Shown: piece by piece, positions 28,127 through 35,955 of the stretch
Position numbering within the stretch: the first letter of the stretch is position 1
Layout of the letters: each line of letters begins with the position of its first letter
Origin: Thermoleophilia bacterium
Lineage (GTDB): Bacteria > Actinomycetota > Thermoleophilia > RBG-16-64-13
Assembly (NCBI GenBank): GCA_026415615.1
Contig: JAOAGT010000005.1
Span: 2,447-66,446 of the forward strand
Length of the DNA: 64,000 nt
Direction: 5' to 3'
Notes under the pieces: model-generated
The model's input: the letters and a program-made list of their open reading frames with translations, nothing else
Database searches by the model: none
What the model was told of the DNA's origin: nothing
Translations under genes and position numbers: made by a program

Positions 28127-29758
28127 ATGTTCTGTTACCAATGCGAGCAAACGGCGCGTTCAGTGGCATGCACCGTCAAAGGGGTGTGTGGCAAAGAAGA
28201 TCAGGTAGCCGCACTGCAGGACGCCCTCGTGTACGCCTTGAAGGGACTGGCGTTAGCGATTGAGCGCTACCCTGACTCTCGCTCGCTTTCTCGTGACATA
28301 TACCACAAGCTCGCCACAGGCCTGTTCGTTACGCTCACTAACGTGAACTTCGATCCCGTGGCAGTGGCCAATTGGGTGCACGAGGTGACAAAGCTTCGCG
28401 ACAGCTTAAAGGACGAACTGGTAGCGACCAACCCTAGCATCGCGTTCCCTGAGGCACCAGCGAATTTTGTACCTGCGGAGAGACTAGAAGAACTAGCCGA
28501 CCAAGGCCGCGAGCATGGCATCAACAACGAAGCTTCTCGAGACCCCAACATTCGCTCCCTACAACACACTGTCCTTTACGGACTGAAGGGCATAGCTGCT
28601 TATGCCCATCATGCTGCTGAGCTTGGCTACCATGACGAGCAGGTGGACAGATTTCTAGTGCAGGCCCTTTGCGACCTAAGCCGATTTCAACAAGGTGACC
28701 TGGGTGCCTGGGTAGATAGAGCGCTACGGGTGGGAGAAATCAACTACAAGACCATGGCACTCCTGGACCGAGCCAACACTGAGACGTTTGGCGTCCCGGT
28801 TCCTACAGCCGTGCCACTCGGGGTAAAGAAAGGTAAGGCCATCCTCGTATCAGGTCATGACTTTCAGGATCTGCAAGCCATATTGGAACAATCACAAGAA
28901 AAGGGCATAACTGTCTATACACACGGTGAAATGCTGCCCGCTCACGCCTATCCCAAACTCAAGGCGTATCCCCACCTGTACGGGAATTGGGGCACCGCTT
29001 GGCAGAATCAAAAAAAGGAATTCCCAGAGTTCCCGGGTGCGATTCTTGTAACAACTAACTGCATCCAGATTCCTCTGGACACCTACAAGGACAACGTCTT
29101 TACCTCCACGGTGGTCGGAGTGCCCAATGCCCGACACATCGAGGGACGAGACTTCAGCGCAGTGATCGAACGCGCCCTTGAGCTTCCAGGATTCCCTGCT
29201 GATGCACCGGGGAAAACTGTACAGGTGGGATTTATGCGTAACGCGGTTCTCGAGCACGCCGAAAGCATCATCGCGCTGGTGAAAGCTGGCAAGATCCGCC
29301 ACTTTTTCTTGGTGGGCGGGTGCGACGGCGCCAAACCTGGCCGGGACTATTACACGAGATTCGTTGAGCTGACCCCTCCGGACACCATCGTCCTCACCTT
29401 GGCGTGTGGCAAATACCGCTTCTACGACAAGGATCTGGGAACTATTGAGGGTATCCCGCGCCTACTCGACATGGGGCAGTGCAATGACGCCTATTCAGCC
29501 GTCCAGGTAGCTCTAGCACTCGCCGAAGCATTTGGGGTGAACGTGAACGAGCTACCTCTCTCGCTTATCCTTTCATGGTATGAGCAAAAAGCGGTGGCCA
29601 TTCTGTTGTCTTTACTTAGCCTGGGGATCAAGAACATCCGTCTAGGTCCTACTCTGCCCGCATTTCTGACCCCGGATGTCACGGAATATATCGTCAAGAA
29701 TTTTGACCTTAAGCTGATTACTACCCCGGAGGAGGACCTGAAAGCGATTTTGGGGTAG
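28127..29758 (+). CDS. hcp: hybrid cluster protein / hydroxylamine reductase
   Basis: 543 aa with N-terminal MFCYQCEQT...C...C cluster motif and typical Hcp length. SD GGAAGGGAGG upstream. Confidence 0.95.
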   Translation: MFCYQCEQTARSVACTVKGVCGKEDQVAALQDALVYALKGLALAIERYPDSRSLSRDIYHKLATGLFVTLTNVNFDPVAVANWVHEVTKLRDSLKDELVATNPSIAFPEAPANFVPAERLEELADQGREHGINNEASRDPNIRSLQHTVLYGLKGIAAYAHHAAELGYHDEQVDRFLVQALCDLSRFQQGDLGAWVDRALRVGEINYKTMALLDRANTETFGVPVPTAVPLGVKKGKAILVSGHDFQDLQAILEQSQEKGITVYTHGEMLPAHAYPKLKAYPHLYGNWGTAWQNQKKEFPEFPGAILVTTNCIQIPLDTYKDNVFTSTVVGVPNARHIEGRDFSAVIERALELPGFPADAPGKTVQVGFMRNAVLEHAESIIALVKAGKIRHFFLVGGCDGAKPGRDYYTRFVELTPPDTIVLTLACGKYRFYDKDLGTIEGIPRLLDMGQCNDAYSAVQVALALAEAFGVNVNELPLSLILSWYEQKAVAILLSLLSLGIKNIRLGPTLPAFLTPDVTEYIVKNFDLKLITTPEEDLKAILG

Positions 29759-29802
29759 AGATTAAAGAGGCAGGCATTTCGGGCCAAAGATACAGGTATA
29801 TC

Positions 29803-29845
29803 GGGCGCCGGCCCAACGAAGGTTGCCTTCGTTGGGCCGGCGCCC
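29803..29845. terminator. perfect 20-bp GC-rich hairpin between convergent hcp and hisG
   Basis: GGGCGCCGGCCCAACGAAGG ttg CCTTCGTTGGGCCGGCGCCC. There is no U-tract on either strand, so the terminator role is inferred from position only. Confidence 0.45.
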
Positions 29846-29888
29846 CACCCGCACCGCAATCGCGCTCTACTGCGGATACAACAGCCCC

Positions 29889-30758
29889 TTACATCACGAT
29901 CTTGTTTAGCGGATACTCCACTATCCCCTCGGCACCGGCCTCCTTCAACCGGGGAATTATTTCGCGCACGATAGCTTCATCAACCACGGTGTTTACCGCC
30001 AGCCACTCTTCGTCGCTTAGTGCGGAAATAGTTGGTTTGCGTAGGGCTGGCAGCACGTTCAGTACGGCAGGAAGATCAGACTTGCGCACGTTGAGCATCA
30101 AGCCCACTTTGCTCAGGGCCGCTATGGCCCCTTGGAGCAAGAGAGCGATGTCCTCGATCTTGCGCCGTTTCTGCGGATCCTGCCAGGATTGAACGTTGGC
30201 TATAAGTTGCGTATTTGACTCAAGCACCGTCTCGACAATGCGCAGTTTGTTGGCCCGGAGCGAGCTCCCCGTTTCTGTGACCTCTACAATGGCGTCCGCC
30301 AAATCCGGCGGCTTAACCTCGGTGGCTCCCCAGCTAAACTCCACCTTGGCGTTCACGCCGTTTGCCGCCAGGTAGCGCTTGGTGGTCTCAACCAGCTCCG
30401 TGGCGATTACTTTTCCTTCCAGATCTCTTACACTCTGGACGGGGGAGTTCTCCGGAACCGCAAGCACCCAGCGCACCTTGCCGAAACTTTGCTTTGCATA
30501 GACCAAGTCGCAGACCGTATGGACAGTAGCCCCGGTCTCCTTGACCCAATCAAGTCCGGTTATCCCGGCGTCAAGCACGCCGTTCTCTACATACCTAGCC
30601 ATCTCCTGAGCCCGGATAAGCATGCACTCGATCTCGGGATCGTCAATCGCTGGATAGTAGGAACGGCTACTTACAGTCACGTTAAACCCAGCCCGTCGAA
30701 AAAGCTCAACGGTGGCATTCTCCAAACTGCCTTTAGGAAGACCAAGTTTTAGAACCAT
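29889..30758 (-). CDS. hisG: ATP phosphoribosyltransferase, long form
   Basis: 289 aa, [12 protein letters not shown]..., includes the C-terminal regulatory domain. No other his genes are adjacent. Confidence 0.93.
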   Translation of the reverse strand: MVLKLGLPKGSLENATVELFRRAGFNVTVSSRSYYPAIDDPEIECMLIRAQEMARYVENGVLDAGITGLDWVKETGATVHTVCDLVYAKQSFGKVRWVLAVPENSPVQSVRDLEGKVIATELVETTKRYLAANGVNAKVEFSWGATEVKPPDLADAIVEVTETGSSLRANKLRIVETVLESNTQLIANVQSWQDPQKRRKIEDIALLLQGAIAALSKVGLMLNVRKSDLPAVLNVLPALRKPTISALSDEEWLAVNTVVDEAIVREIIPRLKEAGAEGIVEYPLNKIVM

Positions 30759-30777
30759 TCCGTCTCTTTTCTCTTGA

Positions 30778-30951
30778 CTAGACCTCCTTCAGCGTGAGAG
30801 GTTCTCCGCAACATATGAACCCCTCCACCGAGCAGGTCTCTTCTACGTCCTCATCCTCATCATGACTGCACTCTGCAATCACTTCAATTTCTAGTCCGCA
30901 GTGCTCGCAGTAGTAGACTTCGCCTTCTCGCATTTCATCACAACGTGGCAT
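30778..30951 (-). CDS. small desulforedoxin-like Cys4 protein with acidic insertion
   Basis: 57 aa from the second ATG, which has a perfect AAGGAGG 5 nt upstream (rc of 30957-30963). [13 protein letters not shown] ... [10 protein letters not shown] matches the desulforedoxin CxxC...CC pattern. The 22-residue stretch [22 protein letters not shown] between the Cys pairs is acidic and holds two extra Cys. Confidence 0.7.
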   Translation of the reverse strand: MPRCDEMREGEVYYCEHCGLEIEVIAECSHDEDEDVEETCSVEGFICCGEPLTLKEV

Positions 30952-30990
30952 CTCACCCTCCTTGTCTTGCATGCTCCCCAGACCGAACTG

Positions 30991-32430
30991 TCAGTTACTC
31001 TCGACACTCGATCCCCCAACGTGCGCATGAAGATACTCGCGCGGGTCGGTCATGCACCGAAGGGACTCAAGACTTCTCCAGATGAGCGACAAACTGGGCA
31101 GATCGCTCCATCCACCTGGTCGACGCCTAAACAAAGCGCTTGCCGCCCTACGGAGAAGCACCTTAGGCGAGTAGACGGTAGTATACAGCCGGGCGTATTC
31201 TCGGTAGAACTTCTCCAGCCCAAGCTTAGTAGGCAGGACCGCGTGAGCTAGATCAAACAGTTCCCAGTCCCGCGTGATCAACGCCTCTTGTAGTTGTTCA
31301 AAGAGGGCAGTACCCGGAAGCGGAGTCAAAACCGTGAACCAAGCGTTAGGAATCGCGTGGCGCCGCACATAATCCCGTAGTCGGCCAAAATCCCGCTCAT
31401 CATAGTCCGGGTCAACAATGAGCGTCCCGTAAGTGTTCATGCCCACCTTCTTGAGCACCGAAAGGGCTGCCTCGTTGGTCTCCACGGTGTTAGCCTTGCC
31501 AATGTCTTGCAATTCCCCTTGATCGATTTTTTCTAGCCCCAAGAAAACTGTGACAAAACCGGCTTCCTTTAGCTTGGCCATGGTCTCCGGATGGCGCGCT
31601 ACAGAGTCGGTACGAGCTTGGAATATATAGCGTTTGCGCACGCCCCGCTCAAGCAGCAGATCGGCAATCCTTTCCGCGCGTCGTATGCTGGCCAAGAAAT
31701 TGTCGTCCGTGATGAAGATGTTCTTCATTTCGATGGACTCTAACTCATCCACAACGCGTTCCGGGCTCTTGAATCGCACCCTCCCCTGGTGAAAGCGCCA
31801 AACACTGCAGAAGGTGCAGCGGTACGGACAACCTCGCGAAGTCTCTATGCTCGCCAGCCGCCCCCTCAGACCCAAGTGGTAGCCCCGACTCCAACGGCTG
31901 ACCAAAGAGCGCGCAGCGAAGGGAAGATCATCGAGATTTGAGATCAGCGGTCTTAGACCAGTTGGCAGCTGTCCGCGCTCGGTGTTAACCACAAGACCAG
32001 GCACGGTCTCCAAACTCTCACCGCACGCCAAAGCGTGCAGCAAGTGTGGTGTTGTAGCTTCGCCTTCCCCTAACACAACCGCATCAACCCAGGGAACCGC
32101 GAAGTCGCCCGGGCTAAGCGACGCATGGTGCCCCCCCACAAACACAAAGGACCGAGGCCAGAGAGTCTTGACAGTCTTTGCGATTTCCAGACTCTCGCCC
32201 ACATCTACCGTAAAGGAGCAGCTAATCCCGCAAGCATCTGGCCTAAAGCTTTCGACCGCCCTCTCCAGACTCACGCGAGGTAACAGATCAACGATCCGCA
32301 CCTCATGCTCGCTGTGGAGAGCCCCGGCAATCATCTCCAACCCCAGCGGCTCCACTAGGGCCATGCTTCGAAAGCCGCCCTTAAATCCACCCCGACGCCG
32401 CTGCCTCGGCTGCACCAAAAGCACCTTCAT
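30991..32430 (-). CDS. B12-binding domain-containing radical SAM protein
   Basis: N-terminal cobalamin-binding-like Rossmann segment (MKVLLVQP...GLEMIAGAL...VRIVDL) and a radical SAM CxxxCxxC motif (SRGCPYRCTFCS). Start probably at MKVLL (32430); the ORF track gives GTG 32451. Confidence 0.87.
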   Translation of the reverse strand: MKVLLVQPRQRRRGGFKGGFRSMALVEPLGLEMIAGALHSEHEVRIVDLLPRVSLERAVESFRPDACGISCSFTVDVGESLEIAKTVKTLWPRSFVFVGGHHASLSPGDFAVPWVDAVVLGEGEATTPHLLHALACGESLETVPGLVVNTERGQLPTGLRPLISNLDDLPFAARSLVSRWSRGYHLGLRGRLASIETSRGCPYRCTFCSVWRFHQGRVRFKSPERVVDELESIEMKNIFITDDNFLASIRRAERIADLLLERGVRKRYIFQARTDSVARHPETMAKLKEAGFVTVFLGLEKIDQGELQDIGKANTVETNEAALSVLKKVGMNTYGTLIVDPDYDERDFGRLRDYVRRHAIPNAWFTVLTPLPGTALFEQLQEALITRDWELFDLAHAVLPTKLGLEKFYREYARLYTTVYSPKVLLRRAASALFRRRPGGWSDLPSLSLIWRSLESLRCMTDPREYLHAHVGGSSVESN

Positions 32431-32487
32431 CCCAACCCCCGACCTGTTCACAACAATCCTTCTCTACAGAAAGATCGCACCGGCCCG

Positions 32488-32526
32488 GCAGTAGGCCAAA
32501 CAAGCGCCTGGCAATAGGCCAAACAA
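32488..32526. repeat. 16-nt direct repeat (one mismatch) in the divergent intergenic region
   Basis: GCAgTAGGCCAAACAA (32488-32503) and GCAaTAGGCCAAACAA (32511-32526), period 23 nt. Followed by the inverted repeat CATACC-N11-GGTATG (32537-32559). Confidence 0.85.
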
Positions 32527-32607
32527 TTACTTCCAACATACCACGCAAGGGCTGGTATGCTAGGCGATGTCTAAGTTTGATGGCAGATTCTGAGAAAGCC
32601 AAGGAGT

Positions 32608-33258
32608 ATGTCAGCCATGCAGTGTCCACACTGCCAGGCCGAAATTGACGCCAAATTTCACACTTTTGCCTTGGGAGAGGATCCGGACGGGGCTTGGCAA
32701 GTCGCGACGACTCGTTGTCCCGTGTGCGATCGGATCATTGCCCAGCTGGTAACGGACTCTGGACGCACCTACCCCGCCTGGCCGCCCAGCTCTCTACGGC
32801 CAACACTGAGCCGGGACGTCCCTGAGCCGTGGAGAAGTGATTATCACACCGCCTGTCAGGTCATGTGTTATAGCGAGGAAGCCGCTGCCGCTCTGGCTAG
32901 GCGACTTCTAGCCCGTCTCTTACAGGAACAGCTAAGACTGGAAGGGCGCGATCTATCTGAGCTGATAAGCAAGGCTGCTGCTCTTGTTCAGATGCCCTCA
33001 TACTTGAAAGAAGTACTTGACCTGTTTGCCCAAGCAACCCATCTGACAGCAGACAACCCCAAGGCCACATATCCGGACAGGCTTGTCCCTGTTGAGCCGG
33101 GCGAAGCGCAGTGGACGCTGGATGTTGTTGAGTCCTTCCTTGAGTTTGAATTCATCTCCCGAGCAAGAGTAGAGCGCAGAGCTAGCGCGCTTAGGGAAAA
33201 GCTGGGTCTGGCTAAGAGCGACCAAGGCGCTGACGTTCAGGAAGGCGTGGAGCATTGA
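32608..33258 (+). CDS. Zn-ribbon plus DUF4145-like (possibly HEPN-related) protein
   Basis: N-terminal CPHC...CPVC zinc ribbon. The helical C-terminal domain resembles DUF4145 (ARRLLARLLQEQL ... EVLDLFAQATHLTAD), but the usual R..GN..H motif is degenerate. The start may be ATG 32617, which has better SD spacing. Confidence 0.5.
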   Translation: MSAMQCPHCQAEIDAKFHTFALGEDPDGAWQVATTRCPVCDRIIAQLVTDSGRTYPAWPPSSLRPTLSRDVPEPWRSDYHTACQVMCYSEEAAAALARRLLARLLQEQLRLEGRDLSELISKAAALVQMPSYLKEVLDLFAQATHLTADNPKATYPDRLVPVEPGEAQWTLDVVESFLEFEFISRARVERRASALREKLGLAKSDQGADVQEGVEH

Positions 33259-35027
33259 GCACGGTTAGCAAACATGAGCTTGAAAGGCGTTCGTCGGCCG
33301 TCACCCTCTCCGACATGGAGGTTTTTATTTTTCCGGAGCTCATGTTCGCGTTAGTCTTGGCGAACATCATGTCCCCCCGGATATGGAAGTGGCGTGAAGA
33401 TCCATGGTTTGCCGGCATCCAGAAGATGACTCCCTATCGGCGTGTTCTGCGGGTGAAGCAGTACATCATGGATCACTATGCTTTCAACCTGGATCTTGAC
33501 ACTTGGGGTCTTACCACAAAGACAAGAGAGATCAATCGGTTCCGGGACTACGTAAGTCCCGAGGCACTGGCCCAGTCTAATGCCCTCTTTGGCTACGAAG
33601 GCGACAAGTACTACTTCGACATAGATATTCGCACCCACTTTGGCCTAGACAAATACGACGGTGAAGTGATCCCCTACTGGAAAACCGAGACAGTGGAGGC
33701 CATGGACGCCTTCCGATACAAGCCTGGCTACAGCACCGGCGCGGGAGAATGCGTTTCGCTTGCCGCACTTTACGCGGCCTCCCTCTTTGTGGTGGCTGGC
33801 ATCCCTCTACGCGACATCTTCCTCATGGCCACCCCACTCCACTCGCAGAACTTTGTCGACATCGGCCATGGCATTCTCACTAATAACCGTCGGCTGGTCA
33901 CAAAGAACATGTGGTTTAACGGTACAGCTCTTTCGGCGCAAGCTCGTCGCGCCTTGGAGAACGAACGGGTAACAATCGTGGCTCACGAGAGTGGTTGGAT
34001 TCACATCCTCTACCCACGGGCCACGATCGACCAGGTCGACTATGCGCGATTTGAGAGTAAGTTGCGCCGCTTCTTGTTGACCCCGATCACCCCGGAGATC
34101 TTGGGTAACTTTGTGCGCCACAGCTTGGACATACAGAAGTGTTTCCAGGTTCGTTGGCAGAACCACGGCGCCGATCGCTACATTGCCATGGAGAAGCTCC
34201 TAGCGTACGAGTACGGCTGCCCTTATCGCTTTAACGACGACACCAGGGAACTTCTCATGCGCGAGGTGGCGGAAGAAGATTTTGAGCCAAGCCCTCTACC
34301 CGATCGCATAATTCTTGATGATCTTGTAGAGCTTGTGCAGGACCGTCCTATCGATCCGCGGGACACCAAAGCGGTGCAAGGACTCGTTGAGGCTCTAGGT
34401 AGCACGTGTCTTCGCGTGCAGGACACGGTCGACCGGCTACGCCGGTTCTGCTGGACGGAGCCACGGCTCCCCGAGGCGGCGAGCAAGTCTTTTGATCGCA
34501 GTCAGCCTAGCCTAAACCTCGATCCGTCTATGGAACGACCGGAGATTCTCGCGCGGCTCGAATCACTCCGAGACCAAAATGAATACGCTTTTCTGGCTTT
34601 CTATGCTTATCGCGACCTTAATCGCACCGAGGCAGAACCCTTCTTGAAAGCGGCTATCGAGCGATCTCCAGTGTCGATTGCCGGCTGCCAAGGTCTTGAT
34701 GACCAGGCCGTGGTGTCTTTGGTGCAACAATTGCCGGATGAATCCATCTACGATGAACCCGGTCGATTGGCGCAACCAGACGAGGTCTGGAACTACGGCC
34801 GTGGAGATGGTGTGGAAAAAGCTCTCTTAATCGCTAACGTTCTTCGCTCCCGACACCCTGAGTGGCCCCTGGTCCTTGAAGTGCGTCCTGATTCGGCTGT
34901 ACTGGTGGTGGGCCAAGAGCAAAGCACCTACCGCTTTGCCAGCCGCAAGAGTTTGCGGCCACAAGTATGGAACCTGGGAATCTGGGAGCCAGGGCCGGGG
35001 CAGGAGCCACCCCTCTCCTCGGGCTAG
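33255..35027 (+). CDS. large hypothetical protein with transglutaminase/papain-like Cys-His core
   Basis: 590 aa. GAGECVSLAALYAASLFVVAGIPLRDIFLMATPLHSQNFVD resembles the transglutaminase-like cysteine peptidase core (Cys166, His196). A second, Cys-less similar segment lies near the C-terminus (GRGDGVEKALLIANVLRS). The TTG start overlaps the upstream stop (TTGA). Confidence 0.5.
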   Translation: MSTVSKHELERRSSAVTLSDMEVFIFPELMFALVLANIMSPRIWKWREDPWFAGIQKMTPYRRVLRVKQYIMDHYAFNLDLDTWGLTTKTREINRFRDYVSPEALAQSNALFGYEGDKYYFDIDIRTHFGLDKYDGEVIPYWKTETVEAMDAFRYKPGYSTGAGECVSLAALYAASLFVVAGIPLRDIFLMATPLHSQNFVDIGHGILTNNRRLVTKNMWFNGTALSAQARRALENERVTIVAHESGWIHILYPRATIDQVDYARFESKLRRFLLTPITPEILGNFVRHSLDIQKCFQVRWQNHGADRYIAMEKLLAYEYGCPYRFNDDTRELLMREVAEEDFEPSPLPDRIILDDLVELVQDRPIDPRDTKAVQGLVEALGSTCLRVQDTVDRLRRFCWTEPRLPEAASKSFDRSQPSLNLDPSMERPEILARLESLRDQNEYAFLAFYAYRDLNRTEAEPFLKAAIERSPVSIAGCQGLDDQAVVSLVQQLPDESIYDEPGRLAQPDEVWNYGRGDGVEKALLIANVLRSRHPEWPLVLEVRPDSAVLVVGQEQSTYRFASRKSLRPQVWNLGIWEPGPGQEPPLSSG

Positions 35028-35054
35028 AACAAGCCCGCGGTCTTCTCCACAGAT

Positions 35055-35900
35055 CTATTCAAATTCTTCCGTCTCCTCTGACGTATAAAAGAGGTAAATG
35101 TCGTCGCCGGTGAGCGCCTCTTCGCCGCGAGCAAGCAGATGTTCCTCGGCTGCGTCGCGAAAGGCTGCCGCGTCATCCTCCATCTTTCGTAACAGGTCAG
35201 GAATGCCTTTTTCGGAAAGAATTGCACGAGCGTCCTCATGCAGGCGCTTACTTCCCCCTAGCCTTATCGCCTCATGCAGAATCTTGCATGCCACCATGTC
35301 CCGAAAATCAACGAAGGCCGACTGCTCCCTCACCCGAGAAAGTGGCTTAACAACGTAATCAACCTCTTCGCGATCCGATGGATTGATGAGTAAACGATAT
35401 TTCCACTGGTAAATGAGCTGATCGATCTGCTCAACCACATCGCCAGGCAGATCATCCTCGACCAAGACAACAATATCGATGTCCGAGCCCCTCACCATAG
35501 CTCCCGTGCTGCGCTCGGGGCGCGGGCAATCATGCGCCATCCCGTAGACCACGTCTCCCGCCAACAGCAGACAGATACGTCGGCAAAGTCCTCTTTCCAA
35601 AGCCTCCGCCTTGTCGCAGACGTCACTCGCCAGGCGCTCGGCAAGACGAAGCTTGGCGGCCGTGATCTCCTGTATACGCTTTGCCAGCTGGGCCGCTTTG
35701 GTCTCAACCGCAGAGGCATCGGAGGCAATTCCCAGTACAGTGTAGGTAAGAAACTCGCGCAAAATGGAAGGTGAGAGGCGGGCATAACCGGCCACCCTGC
35801 GATCAAGACGCAAGTAGCGCCGCCCCACTCGGCGCAGGACAATGCGCTCAGAAAGAAGGCACGAGCGCCACAGGCCGAAGTCGTCTACGTCAACCAGCAC
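35055..35900 (-). CDS. Pol-beta superfamily nucleotidyltransferase domain protein
   Basis: GS-x2-D-x-D motif (VRGSDIDIVVLVEDD) in the middle of a 281-aa protein. The N-terminal region looks like a winged helix that continues upstream of the GTG start (see finding). Confidence 0.68.
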   Translation of the reverse strand: MLVDVDDFGLWRSCLLSERIVLRRVGRRYLRLDRRVAGYARLSPSILREFLTYTVLGIASDASAVETKAAQLAKRIQEITAAKLRLAERLASDVCDKAEALERGLCRRICLLLAGDVVYGMAHDCPRPERSTGAMVRGSDIDIVVLVEDDLPGDVVEQIDQLIYQWKYRLLINPSDREEVDYVVKPLSRVREQSAFVDFRDMVACKILHEAIRLGGSKRLHEDARAILSEKGIPDLLRKMEDDAAAFRDAAEEHLLARGEEALTGDDIYLFYTSEETEEFE

Positions 35901-35955
35901 TCGCAGCTCGGCCCCAGTAAGAGGTCCGTGCTCCGCAAGAACTCTTGTTACAAGT

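Noticed and set aside
28020-28208. 62-aa ORF spanning the hcp leader and start
   Set aside because: It starts at TTG inside the candidate operator and overlaps the hcp start in another frame. It has no SD and no recognisable protein features.
30778-30972. Small Cys-rich ORF as a RiPP precursor for the adjacent radical SAM enzyme
   Set aside because: Not fully excluded, but the CxxC...CCGEP pattern matches the desulforedoxin metal site. There is no obvious leader/core organisation, no SPASM domain on the enzyme, and no protease or exporter adjacent. A redox-partner role seems more parsimonious.
32381-32629. 82-aa minus-strand ORF covering the divergent intergenic region
   Set aside because: It overlaps both flanking gene starts and the direct repeats, and its translation looks non-coding. 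It is likely a GC-rich shadow ORF.
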